From the IMG/VR virus record IMGVR_UViG_2778261182_000003, positions 1 through 6,111 of that record: a DNA stretch of 6,111 nucleotides; one strand, written 5' to 3'. The position numbers were made by a program, and so were the translations under genes. Within the stretch, counting starts at the first letter, position 1. The number at the start of each line of letters is the position of its first letter. The notes beneath the pieces were generated by a model. It worked only from the letters and a program-made list of their open reading frames with translations. It did no database searches and was not told the origin of the DNA. This document shows positions 5,736 through 6,111 of this stretch, one piece after another. This DNA comes from a virus (Duplodnaviria > Heunggongvirae > Uroviricota > Caudoviricetes).

Positions 5736-6111
5736 ATGGCAAAAGTATTTACACAAGAAGAGCGGGAAAAAATTAAGGGGCAGATTGTTGAACTTGTACG
5801 TCTGAGCGGTCGCGAGACGTTACGGCAACTGGAAGCGAAAACAGGTGCGACAAGATATCTGATGAGTGTTCTCGCCAGAGAGCTGGTTGCCAGTGGCGAT
5901 GTATACAATTCTGGCTACGGGTTATTTCCGTCTGAACAGGCTCGTAAGGACTGGCAAAACGCCCGCATAAAACTATCGAGGGCAAAGGCGAAGAAACCGG
6001 TTATGGTTGATCCGGACCTTATCTGGTCATTACCAGACGGAGAAATACGCCGCTACGACAGGCGTCAGAACATGATTTGCCGTGAGTGCCGGGAAAGCGA
6101 AGTTATGCAGC
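5736..6111 (+). CDS. Hypothetical protein, 5' portion only (at least 125 aa, continues beyond the window); N-terminal winged-helix-like segment
   Basis: ATG 5736 preceded by GGAGG (5726-5730) at 5-nt spacing; frame open to the window end (not in the ORF track because no stop is reached). Begins MAKVFTQEEREKIKGQIVELVRLSGRETLRQLEAKTGATRYLMSVLARELVASG. Confidence 0.6.
   Translation, partial: MAKVFTQEEREKIKGQIVELVRLSGRETLRQLEAKTGATRYLMSVLARELVASGDVYNSGYGLFPSEQARKDWQNARIKLSRAKAKKPVMVDPDLIWSLPDGEIRRYDRRQNMICRECRESEVMQ

Noticed and set aside
481-5985. Antisense or overlapping track ORFs (481..909-, 1265..1465+, 1284..1541-, 2673..3035-, 3075..3365-, 3259..3723-, 3456..3662-, 3790..4119-, 3828..4061-, 4058..4261-, 4347..4697-, 4381..4791-, 4394..4636-, 4940..5125-, 5129..5317-, 5419..5655+, 5562..5756-, 5609..5908-, 5773..5985-)
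   Set aside because: Each lies wholly or largely inside a better-supported gene on the other strand or frame, lacks an RBS, and has low-complexity or unusual composition; most probably shadow ORFs.
1-6111. tRNA, rRNA, CRISPR array, IS element or att site
   Set aside because: No cloverleaf-compatible segment, no regularly spaced repeats, and no terminal inverted repeats with a transposase were seen; integrase and att are presumably outside this window.

Overview
This window reads as an internal segment of a lambdoid (Rac/Qin-like) enterobacterial prophage, spanning the immunity switch and replication module. All calls rest on reading the sequence and on recalled family resemblances; no database search or computation was run. 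On the right: a DicA-type repressor (- strand, 2213-2620) diverges from a DicC/YdaS-like Cro analogue (2697-2924), followed by a YdaT-like protein, a replication initiator (N-terminal winged-helix plus DnaT-like C-terminal region), a lambda-P-like helicase loader, and two uncharacterised winged-helix-type proteins (the last truncated by the window end). TTAG-N6-CTAA palindromes recur between repressor and Cro analogue (OR-like) and downstream of the repressor (OL-like). On the left (about 300-2010) are four uncharacterised genes in two convergent units that I could not assign to any family: a translationally coupled 50-aa + 216-aa pair directly behind the OL-like promoter, and an oppositely oriented ~162-aa coiled-coil/zinc-ribbon protein + 69-aa protein with a candidate promoter of their own. 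These are the best candidates for an undescribed accessory system (exclusion/defence or host-takeover/anti-defence). A G5 homopolymer at the O-like/P-like junction produces a 212-nt two-frame overlap that a single-G change would turn into a canonical stop-then-start. No rRNA, tRNA, CRISPR array or IS element was recognised.
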